Shown here: piece by piece, positions 1 to 11,700 of the stretch
Numbering within the stretch: the stretch's first letter is position 1
Layout of the letters: each line of letters starts with the position of its first letter
Assembly: GCA_044226625.1 (NCBI GenBank)
Contig: JBGAGQ010000041.1
Location: 1 to 53,856, forward strand
Direction of reading: 5' to 3'
DNA length: 53,856 bases
From: Thermoanaerobaculia bacterium
GTDB taxonomy: Bacteria; Acidobacteriota; Thermoanaerobaculia; Multivoradales; UBA5704
The notes under the pieces: generated by a model
What the model saw: only the letters and a program-made list of their open reading frames with translations
Told to the model about the DNA's origin: nothing
Database searches by the model: none
Program-made: the position numbers and the translations under genes

Positions 1-1589
1 TCGGTCCATTCGGTGAAGGCCACCTCGGCCACGAGCTTAGGCTCGACCCAGGTGACATCACGGGCCTCGGCTCCCTTCGGAGGATCGACGAAGGCCGGCG
101 TCTTTCGAACCAGAGGCTTCAAACGCCTTGCGAGCTCGGCGAGCATTTCGTCGTCGAATCCCGTGCCGACCTTGCCGGCGAATTGGAGATCCTTGCCGCG
201 GTAGACACCGATCAGCAGCGCTCCCAGGTTCGAGCGCGAACCTTTGGGCGCGGTGTAGCCGCCGATCACCACCTCTTGGCGGCCAAGGCATTTGATCTTG
301 AGCCAGCTCGTCCCTCGGCCGCTTCGATAGGGAGCGGCGCTCTCCTTCGCCACGATCCCTTCGACGCCGAGCTCACAGGCACGCGCGAAGAACGCCGCTC
401 CCTTGCCCGTCATGTGATCGTTGTAGCGAAGGACGCCCTCGGTCTCTCCGTCAGCGAGTAGCACTTGCAGCCGCTCCTTCCGTTCGAGGAGCGACAGTCC
501 GGTGAGGTCCTGCCCGTCGAGCTCGAGGAGGTCGAAAACGAAATAGGTCAGCTGGGCATCGCGACCGGCGCGCAACGCGTTCTGCAACCGCTGGAACGAG
601 GACCGGCCCTTCTCGTCGAGCGCCACGACCTCTCCGTCGAGGAGCGCGGATTCGACCGATAGCCCGGCCACGGCCTCGGCCACCTGAGGAAACCGTTCCG
701 TCCAGTCCTTGTCGTTGCGGGAGGTGAGCTTCGCCTGCCCGCCGCCGACCGAAGCCAGGATGCGGTACCCGTCGAGCTTGAGCTCGTAGAGCCATCCGGC
801 CTCCGTTGGCGGCTCGGCGACCAGCGTCGCGAGCTGAGGCGGCACCGCCTTCGGGAGGGAACCGCGCTTACCACCCGCTGGGGTTTTCTTGGCGTTCGGC
901 GCAGCTTTCGCCGCAGGTTCCGACTTGGTTCGCGCCTTCTTGGTGCCGGTGGCTTTGGCGGCGGAACGCTTCTCGGGAGCGATCTTCTCCTCGCCCGAGC
1001 CGGATCTCCACACCCGATCGGGCGACGCCGCGATCTCTTCGAGCGTCCTGCCGGTTGCGACGCTCTCCGGCCGCTCCTCGAGGACGTCACCCTCGGCGAG
1101 GGGCCGAGCGCTCTCATCCTCCTCCTTGATCAGCAGCCAGTTCGGCTTCGGGTCGCCGCCCTTGAGGCGAATGAGATTCCAGCCTCCGCGTAGCTTCTCG
1201 CCCTCGAGGCGGATCTTGAGATGGCCGTTCCGCCACCCTTCGACCGGATCGCCCTCGGGGTGCCAGCTGCCCTGGTCCCAGAGCAGCACCGTACCGCCGC
1301 CGTATTCGCCTTTCGGGATGATCCCTTCGAACGAACCGTATTCGATCGGATGGTCCTCGACCTCGACGGCCAGCCGTCGCTCCTTCGGATCGAGCGACGG
1401 GCCTTTCGGCACCGCCCAGCTTTTGAGCACGCCGTCGCTTTCGAGGCGAAAATCGTAATGCAGCCGCGTGGCGCCATGCTTTTGGATCACATAGCGGCCC
1501 CCCTTGGTGCCGGACTTCTTTTTACCCTCTCCACTTGGCTCGGGAGTGCGGTCGAAATGGCGTTTCCGACGATATTCGGCGAGCCCCAT
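1..1589 (-). CDS. ligD: DNA ligase D (NHEJ); phosphoesterase and ATP-dependent ligase domains; 3' part runs off the window
   Basis: Manual translation from ATG at 1589: MGLAEYRRKRHFDRTPEP...YVIQKHGATRLHYDFRLE...KSWAVPKGPSLDP...VEDHP (PE domain), then WLYELKLDGYR (ligase motif I KxDGxR), EGIVAK and WLKIK. Absent from the ORF track because it has no stop in the window. Confidence 0.95.
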   Translation of the reverse strand, partial: MGLAEYRRKRHFDRTPEPSGEGKKKSGTKGGRYVIQKHGATRLHYDFRLESDGVLKSWAVPKGPSLDPKERRLAVEVEDHPIEYGSFEGIIPKGEYGGGTVLLWDQGSWHPEGDPVEGWRNGHLKIRLEGEKLRGGWNLIRLKGGDPKPNWLLIKEEDESARPLAEGDVLEERPESVATGRTLEEIAASPDRVWRSGSGEEKIAPEKRSAAKATGTKKARTKSEPAAKAAPNAKKTPAGGKRGSLPKAVPPQLATLVAEPPTEAGWLYELKLDGYRILASVGGGQAKLTSRNDKDWTERFPQVAEAVAGLSVESALLDGEVVALDEKGRSSFQRLQNALRAGRDAQLTYFVFDLLELDGQDLTGLSLLERKERLQVLLADGETEGVLRYNDHMTGKGAAFFARACELGVEGIVAKESAAPYRSGRGTSWLKIKCLGRQEVVIGGYTAPKGSRSNLGALLIGVYRGKDLQFAGKVGTGFDDEMLAELARRLKPLVRKTPAFVDPPKGAEARDVTWVEPKLVAEVAFTEWT

Positions 1590-1719
1590 GGAACTCGGAG
1601 GTTGCACTCTCCATGCCGAGAAAGGCGCTCGAGGTCCGGCAACCCTTGCCTCGATGTAGCCGATCAGCGCACAGATTTGCCGCCCGGCTTTCCTCGCGGT
1701 TTCGCTCGGATCGGCCCGC

Positions 1720-2223
1720 TCAATGCCGCTCGAGCCGCGCCAGGATGCGTTTCATCTGATCGATCTCGGATCGTTGCGACCGGACGATCGAGTCGCAGAG
1801 CTGTCGGATCTCGTCGTCCCGAATCGGGGCCTCGTCGCACATCAGGATCGCTCCCGAGTGGTGCGGGATCATCGACTTGAGGAACTGCCGGTCGCCGATC
1901 GCGGTTTGCTTCCGAATGGCGAACCAGAAGCCGGCCAGGGCCAAAGCCGACACCGCGACGATGACGAGGTTGACCCTCTTGTCCGGGTACATCCCGCCCA
2001 TCAGCGCGAGCTCGATGATCGCCATCGCGGCCACCATCAGTCCGGCCATGTAGATCTGATTCGAGTTGGGAGTCGCGTCCGAGAACGTGTCGACCATCGC
2101 GTACATGAGTGCGAACATCGCGGCGAACGAGACGAGCATCATCGCGGCAAACCGGCCGTAATGCCCCCCGCCCTCGTGATGGCCTTCCGCTTGTCTACGG
2201 CCGTCCGGTGCTGAATCTCTCAT
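1720..2223 (-). CDS. DUF305-family (ferritin-like) membrane protein
   Basis: Three hydrophobic segments followed by DRQFLKSMIPHHSGAILMC...SQRSEIDQM, the typical DUF305 HH motif; AGGAAGGG-type RBS upstream. Confidence 0.8.
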   Translation of the reverse strand: MRDSAPDGRRQAEGHHEGGGHYGRFAAMMLVSFAAMFALMYAMVDTFSDATPNSNQIYMAGLMVAAMAIIELALMGGMYPDKRVNLVIVAVSALALAGFWFAIRKQTAIGDRQFLKSMIPHHSGAILMCDEAPIRDDEIRQLCDSIVRSQRSEIDQMKRILARLERH

Positions 2224-2469
2224 GAAGGTCCCTTCCTCTCCTTAGGCCCGCTGGCATTCAGGGGCTTTCGGTCGTAGGGAGCAATCGATGCGCCACTCCA
2301 TGTCCGTTAGCCGACCCGAGCCCTGCGAGGGCGTACCCGTCTCGAGTTCGGCCTCCTCCCTTGGCGCCTACCCGTGTGGACGAAAGAGAAAGACAACCCG
2401 GTGGTGATGGACGCTCCGTCGGCGTCGCCAAAGAACTCTGAGCCTCGCGTAGGAGTCCTCCTTCCCGTG

Positions 2470-2508
2470 CCCCCGCCTGGCAGGGGGCGGGGGTGGTGCG
2501 CCCGGGAG
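2470..2508 (-). other. Possible att-site remnant (tRNA-Arg 3'-end match) with adjacent GC hairpin
   Basis: 2494-2508 TGGTGCGCCCGGGAG vs 41191-41205 TGGTGCGCCCGAGAG (14/15). An 8-bp stem CCCCCGCC/GGCGGGGG (2470-2477/2486-2493) abuts it. Confidence 0.35.
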
Positions 2509-2719
2509 CGCGTCTATCCCGGCGATTGTCTGTATACTTATGTTTATACCCGCGTGAGGGCTCTCCTTCGCCAGCCGATCGGTCTCGGTAGGTTCCCTCC
2601 TACTCCCGCCCGTTCGACTCAACGGATTGCCAACGGACGTTTCCTATACGGGGTAGACACCCCGATCCGGAGTCTCGCTCCGGACCGATGTCCATCCCTT
2701 GTCTTCGATTGAGAGTGCG

Positions 2720-5700
2720 ATGAGATCGATGCCCCTTGTAGTTCGCCTCCGTGGCAGCGCGGCTTTTGCCCAGTTGGGAATCACCGCCTTCCTTTTTCTC
2801 TTCGGCTCTATGGCCGCTCGGGCGGAGCTGGGGACGGGAAGCCTCCTGATCGCGGGCACGCAGCTCACGGTCAGTCCGGAAAGCCAGACGGTTCCGTTTT
2901 CGACTCCAACGATCGTTCAGACGACACTCGAGGGGTTCGATCCCGACCGCGGCACGCTGCCGGCCGATCTGCGCGTGCTGGGCGATCTCTCCGGGCCGGA
3001 GATTCCAGGGACGCTGACGCTCGAAACCCGCCCGGGCGAGCCGTTCCGCATCCCGCGCTTTTCGCTCGAAGGGGAATACGTCCTCGACGACATCCGCCTC
3101 GTTCGCGGCGACCGGCTGCTCGCCTATGCCCAACCGCGGTCGGCGGTGATCCGGGTGACGCAGATCCTGATCACCAAGGTGACATCGCGCGCCCTCACCC
3201 TCGACGAGATCCGCAGCCGCGGCATCGTAATCTCGGGCGAAAACTTCAAGGCGTTCGATTTCACATTCGGCTTTACGGTCGAAGGTCGGACGATCGACTA
3301 CGACGTGCCGATCCTCTGGCGTCCGCACGGCGAGCCGGCGCTGCCGGTGTACGGTCCCGAGGCGGGCTCGGCGGCGGTGCGCTTCCAGCCGCCGCAATTG
3401 GCGCCGTTCGTCCTCGACTTGAAGCCCGAGCCGGACCAACCTTCGGATTCGGGCGGCTGCCTGGACCCGAGCGGCGATTGCTCCATCCCCGATCCGCCGC
3501 CGGTGCCGGGAGTGATCCTCTTCCCGACCGACTCGAGCCTGCTCCATCAGTTCTTCTCCGTCGTCCTGATGGTCCAGAACGGTGCCCCGGCCGGCGATCC
3601 GCTGGTGATCCGGGATCTCACCGCGAAGATCAATCTGCCGGCGGGGCTGCGCGCGGCCACCACGGAGCCGCCCACTCCCCTCGGAACGCCCGTGCCGGTC
3701 CACGTACCTGGCCCCGACGGTAAGCTCGGTACCGCGGACGATCTGACCTTCCTGGTCGCCCAAGCGATGGGCGAATCGGAGTTTCTGGTCGAAGGGTTGC
3801 GGGAGGGGACGCACGTCGTCTCGATCGACCTCGACGGCGTTCTCGAAGGGTTGCCGACAGGGATTCGGCGCATCGGCGGCGTGGCGCGCGGCGCGGTGCT
3901 GGTGCGCGATCCACGCTTCGCGATCCACATCTCCCATCCGGACGTAATCCGGCGCTCCGAGGAGTACTCGCTACGCCTTTCGGTCTCGAACGTCTCGAAC
4001 GCGCCGGCCAACCTGCTGAGCATCGGACTGCCCGCGAGCGGCATCGCGGGCGCCGAGCTGGTCGATCCGAGCCAATTCCGCAAGACCATCGCGACCCTTC
4101 TTCCAGGGGAATCGAAGAGCGTCGAGTTCCGCCTGCGGGCGCTGCGCACGGGACGGGTGACCGCCTCGGCGGCGCGCACCGACGCGACGGCGACGCCCAC
4201 CTTCGACCTGGTGACCGGCGTGGGCGAGACCGGCATTCCGTTCTCGCCTAATTCGATCGTCCTTTCGCGCTCGTCCGAAGCGCTGCCCGCGGCGCTGGTC
4301 GACTCCGCGCTCGACCTCGCGGGCCTCGGCCTCTCGCTCGCCGAGGCGCCTGCGGCGAGCCTCGCTCCCGGTCTGCCGCAGATCTCGGGTGCCACCGTCG
4401 ACCAGCGGGTCTGGCAGCTCGCGCAGGCGGGGCGTCACGTGTCGCTCGGCGAGGATCTGTTCGACAGCACGGCGGTCTTCGCCTCCGAATGGCTCGGCGC
4501 GCGCGATGCCGACTGGGATTGGGATTTGCTGCGGCGGACGACCCAGACCGGCGGGCGCTTCGTCGCCAGCCTCGCCAGCATCCTCACCGCCGAAATCGCC
4601 GCTCACGGGGCCGAGACGGCGTTCGAGCGCTTCGCGAGCACCACGGCGTTTCTGCCGCCGCTCGGCGGCGCGCTCGCGACGGGTGACGGGGTGCATCTGG
4701 AGGTGGCGAGCCGTACGAGCGGCCGGCGCCTCACCTCGGGAGCGGGCGCGGGCAGCGACGTCCGCGATCTGCCGTTCGCCGACCTGCTGCACGGTAGCGG
4801 CGCCGAATGGGCTCTCCTGGGCTCTCCAGAGGCGGGGGGATATCGCGCCCGGGTGTTTGCCGATCACGCGACGACGTTCGAGCTGCAGCTGCTGGTGACG
4901 GCAGCGGGGCCCGAACTGCGCGCCCTGCGCTTCCGCGACGTGCCGATCGGCGCCGGAGGCTCGGCGGTCGTCGAGTGGACGGCGGGCGACGGCTTGCCGT
5001 TCCTTTCCGTGGACCGCGAAGGCGACGGCGACGAGGACGATCGGATCCCCGCGCTCGTCGAGGTCTTGTCGCCGCGGCCGTTCCAGATGGTGTCCGCCGT
5101 GCAGAACGCGCGCGTCGACCCGACCGGGCACGTGGTGGACGTGCTGTTCTCCGGCGACGTCGACCTCGCGAGCCTGATGCCCGCCGATCCGACCCATTTC
5201 GAGATCCCGGGCAAGCTCTCGAACGGCGGTCTCCTGCCGGTCGAGCAGGGCAACTACGTTGAGCCGACCGTCGAAGGGGGCGAGCCGCTCCATCGCAATC
5301 CGTTCGAAGGTCTTCGCGATACCCGGGTGGTCCAGGTGGTGTTCAACAATCCGCTCTCACCTTATCTCCAGCAGCTTCTGAAAGCGGGGGGCGTGCGGAG
5401 CGTGCTCGGGGAGACGGCGGCGACCGTCGAGCGACCGGTGCTCGTCACGGTGACGACGCCGGGCGGCCTCGTCGAAGGGCGGATCATCGGCCCGGACGGC
5501 GCACCGCTTCCGTCTGCCCTGGTCTCGCTCACCGAGACCGACCTCGATCCCACGACGGGCGATTGCGTGCGCCACAAGACCGCCGCGGTCCGCGCGGACG
5601 AAAGCGGCGGTTTCCTGTTCGACTACGTCCGTCAGACCGAGTGCAGCGCGCCGTTCGAGCTTTCGGCGAGCGATCCGGCGAGCGGCAAGCGCGGCACGGC

Positions 5701-8700
5701 GGCAGGCCGCATCCGCTTCGTCGGCAGCCGGATCCGCCTGGACATCGTCCTGCTCGGGCGCGGCAAAGTCCAGGGAACGGTGCGCTACGACGACGGCACG
5801 GTCCCCTCGGGACTGTCGATCGTCGGTTACAGCCCGGCGTTCAAGGAAGGGCGCTCGGCGCGGATCGATGCGGCGGGAAACTACGACGTCGGCGATCTTC
5901 CGGTCGGCACGATCAGTCTTTCGGCGACGGCGGGCGACGGCAGCTTCGCGCTCGCGACGGTCGAGATCCCCACCTCCGGAGCGACGGTCGAGCGCGATCT
6001 CGTGCTCTTGCGCCGCCCCGACCATCCCACCGGCGAGGTGCGCGGCACGGTGGTCGAGTCCGACGGCGCGACGCCGGTCGCGCAGGCATTCGTCGCGATC
6101 TACGTCGACGGCAATTTCCTGGGAGTCCGGCGGAGCGACGTCGACGGCCGGTTCGACTTCGGCGTCCTGCCGACCGGGGTGGCCGAGATCGAGGCATTCT
6201 CGCCCGAGACCGGCCGCGGCGGCGCACGAATCTTCTTCGATCTGCTCGCCGATCGAGCGAACGACGTCCGTGTCGTCCTGGTAGACGAGCGTGGCCTGGT
6301 CGAGGGGCACGTCTACCGGCGGACCCTCTCGGGCGTCGTGCCGGTCGCGGGAGCCGTGGTCTACGCCTCCGAGACGCCGTTCCACACCGTCTCAGACGCG
6401 ACGGGAGCCTACCGTTTGGAGAACGTGTTCGCCGGTCTCGTCACCGTGCGAGCGGCGGATCTCGCCACGCAACAGTCGGTGGCCGGAAGCGTCAACGTCC
6501 GCGACGGCGCGGTCGCGAACCTCGACCTCTATTTCGAGGTGAACGAACGCGGATCGATTTCGGGGGCGATCCATGACGCCACGGGAGCGCCGCTCGGCGG
6601 CGCCACGATCCACCTCGCGACCGCCGATTCCGACCACTGGATCGCCGAAGCGATCGCGGATCCTTCGGGGAGCTTCGCGTTCGCCGACGTCCTGCCCGGT
6701 ACCTATGACGTCCACGGCTATCGGGAGGAGGACGGGGCGCGGGCGCGGATCGCGGTGCGCTTTGCCGGCGATTCGGCGTTCGCCGACCTCAGGGTCTTCC
6801 GCGGCACGATCCGCGGCCGCGTCCAGGCGGCCAACGGCGCGGGCGCGCCGATCGGTGTGGTGGCGCTGGTGCGCTATCGAACCTCGACGGTACGCCTGGG
6901 CTTGATCGGACCCGACCTCTCGAGCCACGACCTCGAGACGGCCTCGGACGGGACGTTCGAGATCCCGAACGTCCTCGCGGGCCCCTACTCGCTCACGATC
7001 TCGAACGCGCTCTACGGGTCGCGCTCCTTTACCGGCGACATCACCGCGCAAGGGCAGGTGGCGACGCACGACGTCCTCTTCGAGCAGAACGGTCGGATCA
7101 CCGGCACGATCTTCGATCAAGACGGGGTGACGCCCGTCGAAAACGCCCTGGTCCGCCTGGTCCATCCGAACTTCTTCCACGATCCGACCGGCTACGAGGT
7201 CCGCTCCGGCCCCGACGGCCGCTTCCTCGCCGACCTGATTCCGCCGACGCCGAACGCGTTTCCGATCGACGTCTTCTACGACACCGGCGCCGTCCACCGG
7301 AGCGCCCGGGCCTGGGTGCGGTTCACCCAGTTTCGACAGCAGCTCGACGTGCCGATCACCCTGCTCAAGCAGACACGGGTGAGCGGGCGCGTCGAGGACG
7401 CCGACGGCAACCCGGTGCCGCTCGCCGACGTTTTCCTGCGTGGAGCGGAGTTCCCGAACCAGACGCTTGAGCAGCAGACCGACGAGACGGGGGCGTTCTC
7501 GTTCGCGAACGTCCTCGAAGGGCCGGTGACGGTGAGTGCCACGGCGCCCAGTCTGGGCGGTCTCTCCGGCAAGACCGCGACGGCGGTGGTGGCGGAGAAC
7601 GCCGAGGTCCACGACGTCGTCGTGCGCCTCGAAGCCACCGGGGAGATCCGCGGCAGGCTGCTGTCGCCGGTCGACGGATCGCCGGTGTCCGGAGCTTCGG
7701 TGATCCTCGTGCGGTTCGGCCGGCTGCTCGACTCGGCGACCTCGGACGATCAAGGCCGCTTCGACTTCCGCCTGCTGCCGCTCGCGCCGTACCGCATCGA
7801 GGCCTCGGATCCGCGCACCGGACGGCAGGGGCGGAAGGAAAACCTGCAGATCGCAGCCAACGGCCAGATCCTCGAGGTCGACGTCGTTCTCGAAGCGCGC
7901 GGCGAGGTAGTCGGCCGCCTGGTCGACCCGAGCGGCGACGTGCCGGTGCCGGGCGCGCCGGTCCGTCTCGTTTCGGCCGGCATCCTTCCCCTGACCACCT
8001 ATTCGAGCACCGACGCGCTCGGCGCCTTCGAGTTCCTGGGCGTGCCGCAGGGGAGCTTCACGCTCCTCGGCTACGAGCCGGAAGGCCGGCGGAAGGCGAT
8101 GGGCGACGGGCAGATCGCGACCGAGGGAGAGCGGGTGACGGTCGACCTCGTGCTCGAACCGCAGGGAGTGGTCTACGGCACGGTAACGCGCCCGACCGGC
8201 CAGCCTGCCGGCGCGTTCGCTCCCACCAACGTCGTGCTCTACCAGGACGGCCTCCGGATCGGCGCGACGCTCGACAATCCGTTCCGTTTCGAAGGGGTGA
8301 TCGTCGGCCATTCGTTCGAGCTCAAGGTGACGGAGCCGGGCGGAGATCACATCGGGCGCGTCCGCGGCGTCGTCGCCTCGGCCGGCCAGGACGTCCAGGC
8401 CGACGTGCCGATGCAGTCGGTCGCGACCGTCGAGGTCGAGGTGACCGACGGCAACGGCGCCCCGGTTCCGGGCGTCGAGGTGGTCGGCCTCACCACCATG
8501 CTGGTCCTCGATTCGCCCCAGCTCTTCGGCAACGGCGTGGTCAACGGGACGACCAACGCGCTGGGGATCGCGACGTTCCCGCGCCTTCATGAAGGGACGA
8601 TCCAGGCGATCGCCCACGATCCGGTGAGCCAGATCGGTGGACAGGTCTCGGGCGTCATCAGCCTCGACGGCGTAACGACGCGCCTGCATCTGATGCTCGA

Positions 8701-11700
8701 GCCCGCGGGGATCGTCAAGGGGCGTTTCGTCACCTCGGACGGCACCACCCCGGCGGCCGCGGCGCTCGTCGTTCTCACGAGCCACCCGGGAACCTTCAGC
8801 GCGTACGCCCTGCGCAAGGCGGCGGAGCCCGACGGCACGTTCAGCTTCCCGGTCCGTCTGGGGATCTTCACGATCGACGCCGCGCAGGACCTCGGGCCGG
8901 GGCGCTTCTTCGCCTTCGGCCGGATCGACACGACGGGAAAGGTGTTCGATTTCGGCACGGTGGTTCTCGACGACGAGAGCCCGAGCCTGCTCGGCATCGA
9001 GCCGGCCGATGGCGCCACCGGCGTGCCGATCGGCCAAGCGATCCGGGTGCGTTTCAGCGAGCCGGTGCAGCCGCTCGGATCGCTCGAAGCGATGATCGGC
9101 CTCACCCAGGTCGCGAGCACGTCGAGCTCGGGCGGCCAGGCGATCCCGAAGGTCACCACCTACGCGGACGGCGGCGCGACCCTCGTCGTCACGCCGGGGT
9201 TCCCGCTCGGCAGCGAGAGCTTGTATCGGGTTTCGGTCGAGGCGTCGCAGATCCTCGACCACGCCGGCAGAGGTCTGCCCGGCGGCCGGGTGGAAACGCA
9301 TTTCGCGACCGCCGACGTGGTGGCGCCGAGCGTAGTCTCGGTCGTTCCCTCCTCCGGCGCGATCCAGGTGCCGCTCGCGGCCGACGTCCACCTGACGTTC
9401 AGCGAGGCGCTCGCCGCCGCGAGCCTCGACGGCTCGCCGTTCCAGCTGTTCGACCGGACCGCGGGCGTCGGCGTCGCGACCGCCTTCTCCGTCGCGAGCG
9501 GCGGCCGTGAGGTCGTGCTCACGCCGCTTTCTCCCCTGCCCGACAGCCACGCGTTCGAGATCCGGGCGACCGGCGTACGAGACCCTTCAGGCAACGTGAT
9601 GCCGCCCTATACGTCGCTCTTCACCAGCCTCGACACGACGCCTCCCGCGGTCGCGCTCGCGGCGCCGTCGCCGATCTATCGAGACGTCTCGATCGCGCTC
9701 GTCGCGACGCCGGTCGCGAGCCCGGATGTCGCCTCGGTACGCTTCTATCGAGGCGACTCCCTGCTCGGGACGGTGGCCGCATCGGCATCGACGCCGCCTT
9801 TTACCTGGAGCTACTTGCCGACAGCCGCGGACGAGACGGCGGGAACGGTGACGTTCGCCGCCGAGCCGATCGACCGAGCGGGCAACGTGGGCGCTCGCGC
9901 CACCGCGATCGCCACGGTCGAGCCGCCGCGGATCGCCCTGACCGTGCCGCCGACGGTCGTCCGCGACGAGGCCGCGACGCTCGAAGTCCGGCCGGTCGTC
10001 GGACCGCAGATCGCCTCGGTCCGGTTCTTCAAGGGCGAGCAGCTTCTGGGAACGGCGACCGCCTCCGCTTCGACGCCGCCGTTCGTCTGGACCTACACGC
10101 CGGACGCTGCGGATGCCGCCGCCGGTTCGATCACCTTTGGCGCGGAGGCGGTCTACCTCGCGGGCAACACCGGACCGCGGGTGACCGCGACCTCGACGGT
10201 CGACGCGAACGCGCCGTCGCAGGTCACGATCACCACCGTGCCGTTCGTCGAGGTTCATCCCGGCGCGAGCCTTCAGGTGAACGCCGAGATCTCGGACGCG
10301 AACGGCATCGTTTCGTGGTCGCTCCTCCTCTCCGGGGCGGTCGAGCAGACGTTCGAGTCGGGCCCAGTGTCGGGCGACTCGTTCTCGATCTCGGAGACCG
10401 TCGTGGTCCCGAGCGATCCCGCCGTTCTCTCGGTCGCGATCCGGGTGCGCATCGTGGATGGGCTCGGCAAGGTCTTCCTCTCCGACCCGGTCTCGGTCCC
10501 GGTCCAGGCTCCTCCGACTCTCTCGTTCGCCTGCCCGGAGTCGCGGAACTTTCACGACACCGTCTACGTCGCTCCGGGGCTGCGGGTGCACTTCGTCTTG
10601 AACGCCGCCGACGCGAGCGGCATCTCGAACGTCTCGACGACCGGCCCGCTCGGTTCGTTCGCCGATACGGCCGCGCCGTTCGAATTCGATCTGACGGTAC
10701 CCGGCACGGGCACCACGTTCACGCAGAGCTTCACGGCGGTCGATCGGACCGGCGCGAGCCGTTCGATCACCCGCCGGTTCCTGGTGATCTCGGGCGCGGC
10801 CACGCTCGGAGCGGACGTGACGCTCGGGGGCGAGCGCCCGAATCCTTATCTGGAGGTCGGCGCGCTGGTGGTGTCGAGCGGGCGGACGCTCACGCTCGAC
10901 GGGTATGTCGAGCTGCCGGCGCTGATCGTCGCCGACGGCGGCCGGGTCGTGGTGCTGGCGGCGACCGGGACCGAGGTGCCCGACGCCAAGCTCTACCTGT
11001 TTCCCCAGGGGAGCCAGCCGGCGCTCTGGGTGGCCTGCCAGGGGACGCTCGACGCGAGCGGCCGCGGCTTCTTGGGCGGCGGCTCGGCCTCGCAGTCATC
11101 GGCCGGCGCCCCCGGACGGGGCGTTGACAACGATCCGACCGAAGGGGCTCCCGCCGGCACCGGTGGCAGCCACGGCGGGCGTGGCGGCGCGGCGTCGCCG
11201 AACCTCGATCCGCTCCTCGGCGCGCCGTTCGACTCGCCGTTCTGGCCGACCGAGCCGGGGGGCGGTGGTGGCGGCGGCGCGACCGCGGACGGCACGGCAG
11301 GCGGCGGCTCGATCGAGATCTACGGCTTCGGCAACGAGATCGTGATCGACGGCGCGGTGCTGGCCAACGGCGCGAGCGGCGCGGGGCCGACCGGCGCGGG
11401 CGGTTCCATCCTGATCTCGCACAACGACCTGCCGATCTTCCCCGAGCTTTCGGCGACGGCGAGCCGCGAACGGATGCGCAAGGGTTCGGCTCCGCGTGCT
11501 CCTGGAGCGGTCGGCAACGCCTCGCCGTTCGAGGCGCTCCGCGGCGCGGGCAAGCTGGAAGCCTCGGGCGGGGCGTCGACCTCGAACGGACCGACCGGCG
11601 GAGGCGGCCGAATCGCCCTCTGGGGGATCGTCGAAGGGGCGTTTCGCGATCGCGCGGTCGCCGCGGGAGGGAGCACCGGATCTACCGTCCCGTCGGAGGT

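Noticed and set aside
2525-2552. AT-rich TGTATACTTATGTTTATAC as promoter/operator of the giant operon
   Set aside because: Plausible -10 (TATACT) but no convincing -35 or recognisable operator; too weak to call.
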